NCBI GenBank assembly: GCA_043228905.1
Contig: JBHGNT010000003.1
Location: forward strand, 6,510,001-6,574,000
DNA: 64,000 nt
Direction: 5' to 3'
Origin: Azolla caroliniana
Taxonomy: Eukaryota; Plantae; Polypodiophyta
Every line of letters begins with the position of its first letter. Within the stretch, counting starts at the first letter, position 1. Of the stretch, positions 11,742 through 25,100 are shown in pieces. The notes below the pieces were generated by a model. It ran no database searches, was not told the DNA's origin, and was given only the letters and a program-made list of their open reading frames with translations. The translations under genes were made by a program, and so were the position numbers.

Positions 11742-12264
11742 AAACCAAATTCTCAAGTAGTACTAACGGTGTGTCATAAGATATCAATAAGATGAAAAAA
11801 TTGAGTTCTTCTCACACAAGAGTCCTTGTAGTAATACATTACACTCACCAATTTCCACGACTCTATTTGTTGCAACCTACAAGTTTAATCCATGATTCAA
11901 TGCCAAATACCCAACTTGTAATGTAAACCCTACATCACAAGAACATGTACAACTACTAAAGCAAGTTCATCATGATGTGAGTGTCAAACTCTCTTATGTT
12001 GAAGATACACATAAAGATCAAGTTGAATGCCTATGAGCCAATGCTCTTACCTTTACACTTGAGGACAAAGTTCGGCTCTTACATCACGAAACCATTCATG
12101 CCATGAAGTAGACTATCAAAGATCAAGTCTTTATGACATTTTTATGAAAATAAACCTAATAGGTTTATAACTTGTTCTTCCTTCGCTCTTTTGGATCCTT
12201 GATATGTTTCATACAATGGTCTTGGAGCCTTACTACCAATCTTCTTATCTTCCAAGCACTTTAT

Positions 12265-12446
12265 ACTTGAAGACAAAGACGAGTTTGAGAAGATCCTAGA
12301 CTCTCGATTTGCACCAACAACTTTGTTTATCTAGTGTCATGGAATGGCTACCCTCTCTGTTTGAAGTTGTAACTTGGGAATTGGCCAACCACCTCAGTAA
12401 CATGCTAGACACAGTCCAAGATTTTCACCATGGTTATCCCCACAAA
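12265..12446 (+). mobile_element. Degenerate chromodomain of an older chromovirus
   Basis: Frameshifted translation EDKDEFEKILDSRF...YLVSWNGYP...TWELANHLSNMLDTVQDFHHGYPHK, parallel to 11176-11345. Confidence 0.75.
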
Positions 12447-14444
12447 CATGCCCTACCTAGAAATTAGTGATAAACAACATGGTAATCACAGTGAACATGA
12501 TCTGGACATTAAAATGCAATAAGTTATATTGGTTAGCATATTTTATGGGTTTACCAAATTTTTTAGGAGTGGTCACAAGGTGACTTCTACGCATAGGTTG
12601 AGTTAGTTGATGACATATTTTGCATAGAGGGATGCAAGGCACACATTTAAGCCCTATCTTTTGTATTTTTTCACCCTAGTTGTGCTTAAGAAGGTCAAAA
12701 CTAGTACTTATTGGGTGTATTGGGGTCCATTTAAACCTAGTTCAAGTTCTATTATCCATTGTTTGTCTTGTATGTTGGACGTCGTCTAACATCAATAACA
12801 TATTTTCTCTAATTGCCTGAGGACATCGTCTTACATCCATAACATATTGTCGCTAATTTTCAAAAACAAATTCAGAACTTTTGAGCATTGGTAATTTTTT
12901 TTGAGTTTTGACTCATCATGGGGTTTACCACTAATAATACCAAACATTGCCGGAAACAAAAGTTTATGAATGTGGAGGCACTTCGAGCATCAATGATAGC
13001 GTAGTTATCTAACAAATGCTCTAATCCAAGACCTAGAAATCTATACCGACGTAAACTACACACATGCAAGTTCAACATTCACCCATAAATTGTATGCATC
13101 AAATTTAAGATCCATTGCTTAAACTCTACCTATAGTTATTACATGACGAATCAAATCAAATATTGATTGATACATAGTCCATATTCACATGTAATTTCGA
13201 AAATGTTATTTTTAGGGGACATGAGAAAATTGTTCTCCTACCAAACTAAAGGTCCAACCCTTAAAGTTCATTTTGTTCATACTCAATTCTAATACAGATG
13301 CTTCAATTTTGAAGGGTGCTTAAGGTGCATTTCTAGTGCTGAAAGCATCACATAATGTTAAAAGTTGGGAGAAATCATGCATGTAAATATCAACCACATG
13401 GTCATATCAATACTTTTCTTATAGCAAACAGAGAACTAAATTGCACCAATGTGAGATAGAAATGAGCATATCTCATACTAATGTATAATATCATGACTTT
13501 GCCTTATCATTCCAAAGTGCATACGCAATTTGAGGTCTATTTGACTTTGTGGAATTACCTAGTTTCTCAATTCTCGAAGAATAAATTAAAGAGTCTTTAA
13601 TAAAATGTAGACTGGTGTTTTTGTGGTTAATTCTACCCCCACAGTAATACTGGATTTTCAAGGAATTGGCAAGGGTCACATCTTTAAAAAAAGAATTGAA
13701 GGACCAATTTGATTCGTTCGTTGTTGGTTCTACCTTTAAATACAATACAAGTCGCCATGGCTAACATAGTAGTGACATGTGTCTTGGTTGATATTGGTGT
13801 GTCCTACTGTTGTAGGCGACCATACGTGTAGTGGAAATTGTGCAAACTTAATTGTCAAGTCCAAAAAGAGTAAGACAGCCATAACATTATCGAGAATGAG
13901 ATCAACACTAGTACCAATCCATTTGATGAATCAATCACGCAATTCACAAACTTCAAAACTCCCAAATCATAAAGTTTATAGTATCTAATACTAGTAATGA
14001 TGTCAACAAACAGACGCTTCCTCGTATTTCGAGTCAAGAAAACACTTTCTTGTTAAGTTCCATATTTCTATCTCGTGATGGTAAAAAGCATTGTCATTTG
14101 GCAGTAAATATTGAGACTAGAGAGCCAGGAACCTCATCGAACTAGAATCAATCCAAAAGAGGTTGTCACTTTCATCATTTCACTACCTTGACGTGTACTA
14201 TAGTGGTTCAAAGTCCCTCAAAAACATCAAATTACATCATTATGGAGATATGTTCACTTAAAAGGTGATTGTTTGATAATACTTTGCATCCTTGGTAAAT
14301 GCATAAATTTTATTATGCATTACTTTCTTCGATACGACTATTTTCTCGTGAACTAGTTTGACAACCTAGCATAACTATGTCTTACCGTGTCTTTTGTATT
14401 GTTATTGTGTTGCGAGAAATTCACGGAAGTTGTTTTCAATGCTC

Positions 14445-14858
14445 ACTATTATTTTATTCCTTTGCTTATTAATGCATTCAAAATGTCCTGTTTTTGCTAG
14501 TAATGGCCAACGATTTTTCTGCCCAATTGCAATTTTGTTCACATATCTATGGATGACAAAAATAAGTATGATGATTTCCTAATGCGGTCTTTCAGAAAAG
14601 AAAACTACTTCCCATGCAAAGAATCATTGGTTACAATTTTGCCATATTATTTTTATTCCTTCGCTTATTCATGCATTCAAAATCTCGTGTTTTTGCTAGT
14701 ACATACCAACGATTTTTCTGCCCAATGAAAACTTTTGTATATTGGAGTTGTTCAGATATCTATGGATGACAAAAATGAGTATGATTATTTCCTAATGCAT
14801 CTTTCAGAAAAGAAAAGTATTTACTTCCCATGGAAAGAATCATTGGTTACAATTTTGC
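14445..14858. repeat. Degenerate tandem duplication, ~200-210 bp unit
   Basis: TATTATTTTATTCCTTTGCTTATT...AAAGAATCATTGGTTACAATTTTGCC occurs twice. Confidence 0.85.
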
Positions 14859-16166
14859 CGTCAATTCAATGTACAAACAAGAACCTAATGAACGAAGACC
14901 CATTGTTGGATGACCCTTGGTGTCTTCAAAGGAGTTGATGTTATAGGTAGAACAGAAGTCTCAAACATGTGTTATATTGTCGAGCAACATCTAACATTCT
15001 AATTCTTTGCTGACAATCTTGAGAATTAAAAGCAATAAATGGATGAACAATATTTTATTTGTTTAAATAGGAAGTATATATTCTATTATTAGTTCACTCC
15101 CACATAATTAGATTTGAAGAAAATTTCCATATTTAATGAATTCAAAGTGTGCCATTTTTTCTTAACCATACATCATTTAGCTTTGTCTAAATAAAGCTAT
15201 GAAATATGGGAATTACAATAAGCTATGCTAGGTCAATCACTAGAGATTGGAGTTGAGAATCTGCCCAATCCGTAATTATGAGAATTTTCATAGCGAATCA
15301 ACTTATTGATCACATCGTAAGGCATACTATTGTTGTTCTAGTTGTTCTAGTTGTGAATGTATGGCTTATGTACGTATAATACAAGTAATGAAATGCATGT
15401 AAAATCGAAACAATCTCGTCCCTTGCAATGTTATTTATGGAACCTTGAGATTTGTAGTGATTCTTCTTGGGCCTAAACTTTACTATTCCAATTATTTTTG
15501 AGTGAAATACTAGGGCTACAATGAGATAGACTAAAAGTTGTGCGGCAAAGTTTGATATGCCACAGAAAGGTCAAGCAAAATCTACACTAATTTTCAATTA
15601 CAAGATTATTTACATGACACAAAGATGTGATGCACACTATCATTTGTGCATGCATTAATATTTAGGAATACTAAAATAGGTGGATCATTTTTTGTCAAAA
15701 CAATGCATAATTGTCGTGTTATTTTCAAGCATTGATGCAACTACTTTTACACAAATGCAATAAATATAGGTTGTATTGTAATAAATTCAAACTATGTTCT
15801 CGAACATGAAGATTATATCAATAAACATAGTCCTTTTTCATCTCTTTTGTCGTTTGTACTTGATAGGTTTTTTAAAACTAATGGAAGGATATTTTGTTTT
15901 GGAAAGGAAAAAAAACATATTCTATAGTTTTAAACTTTTATGTTTTACTGAATATTTTCTATTAGACATGGTGTGCAACCAACAACATGTAACTATTGAT
16001 TGTATTGCACCAATTTCAACAGATTTCGAGATTAATATACACACACACGGAAAAAAAACATTGCGAGAAAATCATCTTGCATAAAGACATTTTTGGAGTA
16101 GATTTTCTAGAGAAAAAAAAAAGGTAACATCAACCTAACATATAGCTTTCCTCTACTCAACAATTC

Positions 16167-16199
<33 letters not shown>

Positions 16200-19100
16200 C
16201 CCCTCAAGGCCCACAACTATAACCACTAGAGATTTGGAAGGATCACAAATTCAAATAATTGGATGGATCGCGAAAGTATGGATGTTATATGTTCAAAAAG
16301 GCCCATTGGGTGTGATTGATCAATCAAGACATCCATAGTAACTGTGAAAACATGTCCATGTTTATGAGGCACAAAATTAGCCAGTCCATGCATGCATCAA
16401 CGACGAAAAAAGGATCTTCTAATTGAGATTACATGGTCAATGCAAATTTCTTAGGTTGAATACAATAAGGGATCAACATCCTCCAAAACAATTATCTCAT
16501 TAGAGCGTTTGATTGTTGATGTCAATTTGTAAATGGATAAAGGTGTTTTATGTGTTTTCATGCATGCTTTAAATGGCATTTGTGACGAGTATGATGTTTG
16601 GATCGGCATAATGTCAAGATATAGACAGATATATCCTTTGGTCATGGATATTAAAAGCCCATGAAACATGTGGTCAAACTAAGCTCATGTAGTTTAATAA
16701 CTATTGTAGTGTCAGATGACATGTTTTGAAATCTTAGTAAAAAAATAGTGTGCATTTCATTCACGTGCACACATTACTTGCTTTAAACAAAGATTTTTCT
16801 AAATCCGTTGCAAGTTATATACTATATGTGCATGGAATTTTCTTCAAGGTGTTTCATGTTGTAACTACTCAAAGAAAATGTCATTGAAAAGTAACCACTA
16901 TTATTGTGGACATTTTAACCCTAAATGAATTTGTCTACGATTGTGAGCTTCGTAGAGAAAAATCAACACCATGCATAGTATATATTGAAAGATCATATGG
17001 GTGAAGCCATAGTGGTTAAATGCATATTTATCATTTCTTGAATTTAAATAACTTGTCGTAGACTTTACTCTCATATGTATTCCTCAAATATAGTCAATCG
17101 ATAACATACTGCTCAGAGGATTGTGAAAAAACATTTATAACAATATAAGAAGAGTAACTAACTCCACAAAGCACGTTCCAAGAAAGTGCCACAAAAAATT
17201 AACCTCGTTACACATTCAAGCTTGGTCTTGTAATGTGCTAACTCCTAAAATAGATAAAGGTTTTCCATCCAAATCAATTTCAATGACCAGAAAGTGAGTA
17301 GACATCCTATTGTCGATACATAACTTAAAAGGTTGCTCACAATATAATCACTCTCTTTTTGTGGAAAAAAAGAAGATAATCACACTCAAATGTTGATTCT
17401 ACCTATTGTCAAGCTTATGTTTGGAAGTGTCGATTTGGAGTTGTTTATATTTTCTTTAACTAAAATCTAGCATACATTGTCATCTTTAGAAATATGGGCT
17501 CATTAAGTTGAATAATTTATGTGGTTGATTAGGAATATGTTATGAGTTTGTTTACCATGACAATATTGGATCAAGGGTGAGAAGTTGAAACCCTATATTG
17601 TAACTGGTGTGTAGTATGTAGAAGTAATATATGACACATAATTTCGATGCTCAATAATCAGCTAAGAATTGCCTAGACATTGACATAAATATTCTCTTAA
17701 TCTTTGTGGGATTTATAAGATTGCCCAAATATTGCAATTGGTTTTTTGTTGTGGAATGACCAAAATGAGAATAACACATTGTTATCTGTATTATCACATT
17801 GAAGGATTTTGAGTTATTCCTTAACCACTATCATCAAAACACATGATATATGATGTATCAATAGCCACATTTTCATATCATTAACATATTAATAACGATA
17901 TAATAAAGACACTTTCATGAGATTCCACAGGTTTGCAATATAAGTGGAACTTAAAGGAAGTTGGCCTTCTCCATTGATTGAATGTTGCCATATATCCCTT
18001 TTGAGGAGTAAGGTAAAAATGTTGCAAGCTAATGATTTTACAATGTTGTCATTCATTGTCACAAGTGGATTCCAACTCCATTGACAACAAATGAAAGTTA
18101 GGATATTATATTTGAGCTTGCATACTATGGTACATATATGAAATGGAACCGTGACATCAAGAAAGAGACATGTGTGTCACATCTTATATGACCTGATGAT
18201 GTACCCATACAAAACATACTTCGAGACTTATTGCTTATCAAGATCACTTACAAAAACCATTAACAATTTCTTTTCAATCAATTGCATTTCAAATCAAAAG
18301 AGCACCTTAAACCCAGAACAAAAATACAATCACCCAATCTAATCTACTCCATCTAACAATTACATTATTACAAAAAGTTGTGATAAAATGCAATTTCTTT
18401 ATTGCCCACTCTTTGCAATTCGATTCACATAACCCCATGATTAACATATCAACAAAACTTGAGGTCTCGAGTTCAATTCCTCATATGCAAGGGTGGATTT
18501 CATTCCAATGGTTGTCGCATGTTATTTTGATTTTGTGATGTGTGGTGGACACGGATTCTACATGTACAAATTCCTTTCTTGGGAATTGCCGCATCTATAT
18601 TAGTATACGAGCATTTTGATCCCTCATTCCAAGGCATGGATACACAAGGGCAATTGGGAGAGAATGGAAGAAAACAAGGAGTTAAAGTACCAATAAAGAT
18701 AAGAAATTAAGTATCTCATGTTTAATCCTTACTCTAGGTTTAGGATGAATATTTAAAACTGGAAATTCTTAAATTGTTGGCATAAGTTTACAAATTGAGG
18801 TTATTTTATAGTTTCCTATCTTCATGCAAATGTAAGCATAGACATGTTCGAGATAGAAATGAAATAGTTACGATGAGAATGAATACACTAAGAAATTTGA
18901 GCCCAATGGTTCACAATTTATTGAGTGCATGCAACCAACATGCCTAACCAAGGAAGTTGGACCTTTAATGGTTATTAATATTACCATCAACGTTCAAGAT
19001 ACAATTGGTAGTACAATTGCACAAAATATTTTTTTATCTCTTCAAATAAATTTGATTCCATATTGACATGATGAACTATTGCTCCATTCTACAGTCTACC

Positions 19101-21076
19101 TATATTTCGTAAGTTCATGAAGTTTTGAAATAATAAGCTCAAGGTTTGCCCAAAACTATCTAGACCACAAACTTTGAGCATCTTAAAATTTTAGGGTGTA
19201 AATATGGCTAAAAGATTTTCGAAACTTTGTTAACTAGGCAAGTGCAAAGAGAACATTTTAGATTGACATTCCAAAAAGCTTGTCTTTGAACATATATAAA
19301 AGCTCATCTCTAAAACAAAGCGAATATGATTTATGTTGAACTACAAGTTTGGGATTGAAAACAAGCCATGATAAACATGCAATCAATGAGCAAGATTACA
19401 TATCCTCACAACCCATACTCTATGGTGGTCATCTGTTAAGAAATTTATCCCCCAAAAACATGCACGAGAGAGTAGTTGATTGACTAATTGCCAATTGATG
19501 GGCCTAATTTAGATCACATCTCTGGTTATTGAATGAGCAACGCATAAGTCATGCTATGGGTAGAAGGATTAAGTTGGTAATAATGTATGTCTCTAGGACA
19601 AATTAAAAGTAGAGCTTGGTAATGCCTACCTAGTACATAGGCCAACCCTGGTCACACTATGCATAAGGTTGTTCAATGATCTTCAATCTATGTGTCAAGC
19701 ATGAGGCACACAATGAGTATATGGACCAAGTCAATAGTAGTGCCTATACATGTAGGACAAATGAAGGGTAGAGTTTGTTATTGTCTACGATATAGGCCAA
19801 GTTGAGGCATATTGCCTAGGAGGATTGAGCCAAACCCAAGCACACACTGTGTAGCAAAACAGAATTTGGTATTACCTATGCTATAGGCCAAGGGCGGGCA
19901 GAACTACGAAACCATAAATGTGCATCCTCTATGAAAGTAAGAGGTGAAGTTGACACCATAGAGGTTGATGGTAGGTCATAAGCTTTAATTAAGTTGTCTA
20001 AATCATAGGTCTTCAGCACCTTAAAGTATCCAGGTATAAACATGATTAAATGAATATAGGAACCTTGTTAAGTGCAGAAGTGTAAAGAGAGTACCAAGAT
20101 GGGTGACATCCCAAGAAGTTGTTTCGTAACATGCATAAAAATTCATTGCTAAAACAATAATGGATGCTATCTATGTTCTTTGAGTAGTTGAAAACAAAAT
20201 CATTTTAGAAGATGCAATCAGTGAACCGGATCCCAAATGCAGATTACTTTAAAATGTCAACTAATAACTAAATTCTGTTATTGGGTAAAAAGGAATCAAG
20301 GAAGCTTTATGGTAACACAATCATATCAAGGAAGACCATCATGCACATTCATACTAGCGTGCAACCAATCCACCGATTGAAGCATTGAAATGGCCACAGC
20401 TTCTAGTGCAAGGAAGTCCTTCTCAAACACTGAACACATCATGATGATTAGAAAAACCATGCTTAATGGAATGACACAAGACAGACTTCATATTGAGTAA
20501 TCAAGCACACAAGGAAGAAATTTTCCATATGGAAGACCCAAGGGACCTCGTACGTATTTTCTTGTTGACATCAGGGCCTTAAGATTACAACAGAGCTTGT
20601 TACAATTTCAAGGGTCTTTCATTTTTAGGGAACAAACGTAACGACAAACTTATGTTACAAGCATCTAAACCATGCATATGAGATTCCATCACAAAGAATG
20701 TAAGGAATCTAGGAATGCAAAAAAATTCACACAATGGTGTGTGTGTGTGCACCCAGAACAGAGGCTCTCTCTCTGTCTCTTTCTGCCCACCTTCAGCATC
20801 AACTGTCAACTACCAACTATTAAATGCCAGGTGCCAACTATCAACAAGAACTTGTAACTAACTCAAGACATGGATCTGACTGCAGCCTCGGCCCAAATCT
20901 CAACTAACTGTCTGTTGCCATTTGTCAAGTACCAATTGCAACATCTGACCAAGAACTTGCAACACCATGAATCTGTGCTGCATCAGCCAAGTTCAAACTG
21001 TCAACTGCAAACTATTTGCTCTGATGCAAGTTTCAACTGTTAACTGCCAGGTATCTCAACAACCAATTGCCAACTG

Positions 21077-22168
21077 TCAAGTCTGACCAAGGAGAACTTG
21101 CAACTCAAGACATGAGTCTGATGCAGCATCAGCCACTGCTTGGACATTGGAATTCTTTAATCTGGCAACAATAGACATTAGTGCTGAACCATCTGCACCT
21201 GAAAGATGTGGAGATGGCTGTCGGTTCGAATAATGCCCCGTCCTCTGTTCTCTACAAACTGCAGTAAGTGTTAACAGTAATAGCCTCTGCATCGTTGAAG
21301 CTGTCCTCGAGCCCTGAGAATTAGTACAACAATCTAATGCATTCCTCAATAGTGGTAACTTTGATGCTAACACTGGAGTTGCAGATCTTGGTAGTACCTT
21401 TACAAGCAAATACAAGCATTCTGCAGCAACTTCTGCTACCTGGAGCTCATGCCTACAACAAAGCTCTAAGAACACATCCATGTAGCTCACAAATTCTCCA
21501 ATATCTTTTATTTCCTCCACAGAGCAGCGCACAAGAAGTGATTTGCACAATGACAGTGATGGTTCCAAGAAATCTTCCATATCCCTTTTATGTACAAATT
21601 CTATCAATGCACCTACTCTTCCACTAATCCCAAGCCCTGAAAGTGAGCTCGTTTTGACTTCTGATGCTGATGCCAAGAAAAGGCACAACCTCACGCTGTA
21701 CAGATTGACAGTTGAGAAATCATCACGAAGAAAATCAAAGAATTGGGATAACAGCTTTAGGCTGAGTATATCCTCGATTCCAATGCATTTGATATCTACC
21801 AACATCATTAGAGTTTTTTGAGCATACATAGGAATTGGATCATCATCATCCAAGAGACTTGAGTAGTAGGGCAAAAACTGTTCCCTAGCAATCACTCTCA
21901 AATCATCATGACTGGCTGACCCACTGCTGTTGTTTCTTATATCTCCTCCTGGAGAATTTGCAATGTCATCCAAATAAACTACAAGTACATCAAAGAAGGT
22001 CTTTAAGCACAAAAACCGGGTGTCGCCTGAGCTCTTCTTTCTGTACAAGATGGCAAGGCTAGGGAGAACTTCATGAAAGAAAACATCTGGATGTGCAAGA
22101 GGAATTGAAGATTGTTGCCCAAAGACTTCGAAGATCCTAAGGAGAGTGGATTGAAACTCATCTAGACC
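21077..22168 (-). CDS. RUK: RUNKEL exon 10 (terminal)
   Basis: AG acceptor before GGT CTA GAT GAG; ends LLGQT-TGA. Confidence 0.93.
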   Translation of the reverse strand, partial: GLDEFQSTLLRIFEVFGQQSSIPLAHPDVFFHEVLPSLAILYRKKSSGDTRFLCLKTFFDVLVVYLDDIANSPGGDIRNNSSGSASHDDLRVIAREQFLPYYSSLLDDDDPIPMYAQKTLMMLVDIKCIGIEDILSLKLLSQFFDFLRDDFSTVNLYSVRLCLFLASASEVKTSSLSGLGISGRVGALIEFVHKRDMEDFLEPSLSLCKSLLVRCSVEEIKDIGEFVSYMDVFLELCCRHELQVAEVAAECLYLLVKVLPRSATPVLASKLPLLRNALDCCTNSQGSRTASTMQRLLLLTLTAVCREQRTGHYSNRQPSPHLSGADGSALMSIVARLKNSNVQAVADAASDSCLELQVLLGQT

Positions 22169-25100
22169 CTGTAAAAAATATATATGCATCATCAGGAAAA
22201 ACAATGGGTAAGATTCAGCTCGTGATTAATGTTGCGTTCATAGAGAATTCTTACAGGGAACGAAGCCGTTTGCAAAATGCTCAAAAAGCCTGCAAGCAGT
22301 TTAAGAATTCGCCCATTCACGATTTTCTCTCTAAAGACTGGGCTTTCAAACAAATGCAGAATGATTGGAAAGAGGGATAGACTATTTCTAACTTGATTCC
22401 TTCCTGATTGAGGTGTAAGCCGCTTGCCACTTCCTGCAGGTTGCTGCACATCAGACCCTATGCTATCCAAGATATTTGGGACTATGTCAACAATTGTCTG
22501 TATGAGGGCATCTATACATTGCTTAACATAACATTCCTTCTCCTTCACAAACCGTTCACTAACTGCTAAGAGCTTGCCACTACAAAGTGAAGTCAACCAT
22601 CTGCGGTTAACCTTGCACAATAACGCTGCACATACTAACGATTTTCCTCGTAACACTTCAGTACTTTGCTCTAGCATTGTTAAAAGATTAGAAACCAGTG
22701 ATTTCTCCTCCAGCAGAGAGGAAAGCTGTTTAGAAATACTCATTGAAGAGCTTCCCATCAAAAAGATGTTCAACAAATTGATGTTCACTTGTTGCTCCTT
22801 GAGATTAGGCTTTGTTAGTCCCATAGAAAGCTCTTTTAGGCTCAGTTTCTCAAGGACAAAGGGTACATTAGAAGCTCCAAATCTAAGGAGACGTACTAGA
22901 CACGATCCTGCAGATAAACGGAGGCTTTCTTGCTTTCCAGAAGCTTTAAAAATATAACAGAGGTTTTCAAGTACACCATGATTTGTAAACCGAGCTGCCC
23001 ATTCTCCACCTTGGCTTGATATGTTCTCAATTGTTTTAAGAGCATAATGCTGTGTGGGATCGTCCTCACCCTTCCTGAGGATAGAAGCAACTAATGCAAT
23101 CAATGTGTTGGGAACCTGTCAAAAGTATTGTTTGTAAGTAATAACAACATGGGTCTTACAGCAGAAAAAAGAAAAGCAAGAAAGGCTATAGTAACATCGC
23201 TATAGTAGTGGCCAAAGTGGCCAATCTGACCCGAAACAATATTACAGAAATAAATATGACCTTGTTACCTGCCAAGAAGAAGCAGATTTTCCGTCTTTTG
23301 AACCTGTATCACTTCCGGTCACAGACCTTGGTGAGCTATCATTTTGTGTTGCTATATAGAACAGCAACTCTCCTAGTGTTGCCATAGAACATCGTCTTAC
23401 TTTGTCCTGCTTATCACGTAAACCTTGACTTAAGACAGTGATAATTCCAGTGCCTGCAAGCTCCTCTTCTATCAGTGTTGCATGGCGGATCAACAAGCCC
23501 ATTGTGTATATCACCTGAATACGCAAAGCAGGAGGCTTTGACGTACGTAGCATCTTTACAAGCATTTGCATTGCTGGACCATTTATGAGGATATTTGCAC
23601 TCTCTGCATTTGCACACACAGTCTCTAGGTATTTAAGAGTATTCAATTTCTCGTTGAGTGCACTACTACCACTGACACTCACCACAATTTTGTTAACAAA
23701 ACTTTCCATTTCTTCAGCCGGGAGCTTTACAAAGTCCGATGGTGTGATATGATCACAAGGTAGAGAACGCAAATCATAGCCAGGCTCTGCAAGCTTGTCA
23801 ACCTTTTTGTAAATCATAATGGGTCGCACAGCTAGATCAGAGGGATGCCAAAGTGCTTGAGAGATTATAAGGGAGGTTTTGAGTGGCTCCCCATTAGCAT
23901 GGGCAGGAGAAATCATAGTGAGCTTTTTCTGATCAGAATGTGTTTGTGTTCGTTGAACCCTCCTTGGTAAACCAACACCGGGAGGAGTAGCAGCAACATC
24001 CAGTCTAGCAAGGGCTACTTGAACTTTTTCAGTATCACCCTTTCCATAATCAGCATCATTTCCACCATTTCTATCAGTCATATTAACCTGCGGTGTTTGT
24101 ACATCACAAGGCTGCTCTTTAACACTATTTTCATTACCAGCTGCAGGAGACTCTTGACATGTAGAAATGTCTGACACCTCATCATCATCATTAGAATCGC
24201 CATCTGTTTGCTCAGCGAAATCCAGCTCTAAGTCATTGTTTTCAATTGTCACATCTTCATCATTCACATGGACATTCTGGCCTTGCTGACGATAATTACC
24301 ACCTTCAGTTTCTCTCTGTAGATTTGTTTTTACTATCTTAGATAGCCTCAAGAGATTCACCCCACGGTTCTTGTGCACTAAATCCTCCTTCAATGGTGTT
24401 GGGCTTCTCATGTTAGTAGGCCTGCCAGAGTTAGGTTGCTTTGATGATGGCAAGTTTTCACATGATTCTGTATCTCTGGTAGAAGCTATGGGTGGTTTCT
24501 TATGTCCTGAATGTGAATCCAACTTTCTGGTAGGCTTCTCAATGGGAGTCTTCTGATCTTGATTTGCACCCTTTGAGTTGGCACTTGGGGTTTTGTATGG
24601 TGCAGCATTAGTATTGTCGCCAGCAACATTAGCCTGCTGCAAAAGCCGAACAAAAGCTGGTTGTGCAGGAAGTGTCAAAATCTTCATTTCAACCCTCCAA
24701 AATGGATGCTTGCAAACATCAGGCCATTGAAGACGCTTAGCAGGATCCTTTATTAGCAAAGACATAACAAGATCTTCAAAATCTTTTGTAGGGTTTCCCT
24801 GTAGGTAAGGGGTTGGATCAGATAAAATTGAATTTACAAGTTGTGTGAAACTGTTGGATGCAAAAGGAGGCCTTCCAGCATAGCACTCATACAAAACACA
24901 TCCAAGAGCCCAAAGATCTGATGCAAAAGAATGTACACCTCCATCTTGGAAGAGTTCTGGAGCCATGTAACAAGGTGTGCCCCTTTTTGCTTGAGGTAAC
25001 TAAGGCATAGAAGACAAAAAGTTCGAAATTTGAGACCCAAGCTCCAGCTCATAACTAATTTTTCCTTTTATGAAAACGCCACACTGCATGCTTTAAAAAT

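Noticed and set aside
12872-14270. Coding-like stretch, possibly a decayed transposase
   Set aside because: No recognisable motif, TIR or TSD.
17750-18050. Possible PPR remnant (also ~63620-63960)
   Set aside because: Only scattered resemblance across frameshifts; insufficient support.
21337-24556. Antisense and alternate-frame ORFs over RUK (likewise over the PPR and membrane genes)
   Set aside because: Shadow ORFs of real coding exons with no independent motifs.
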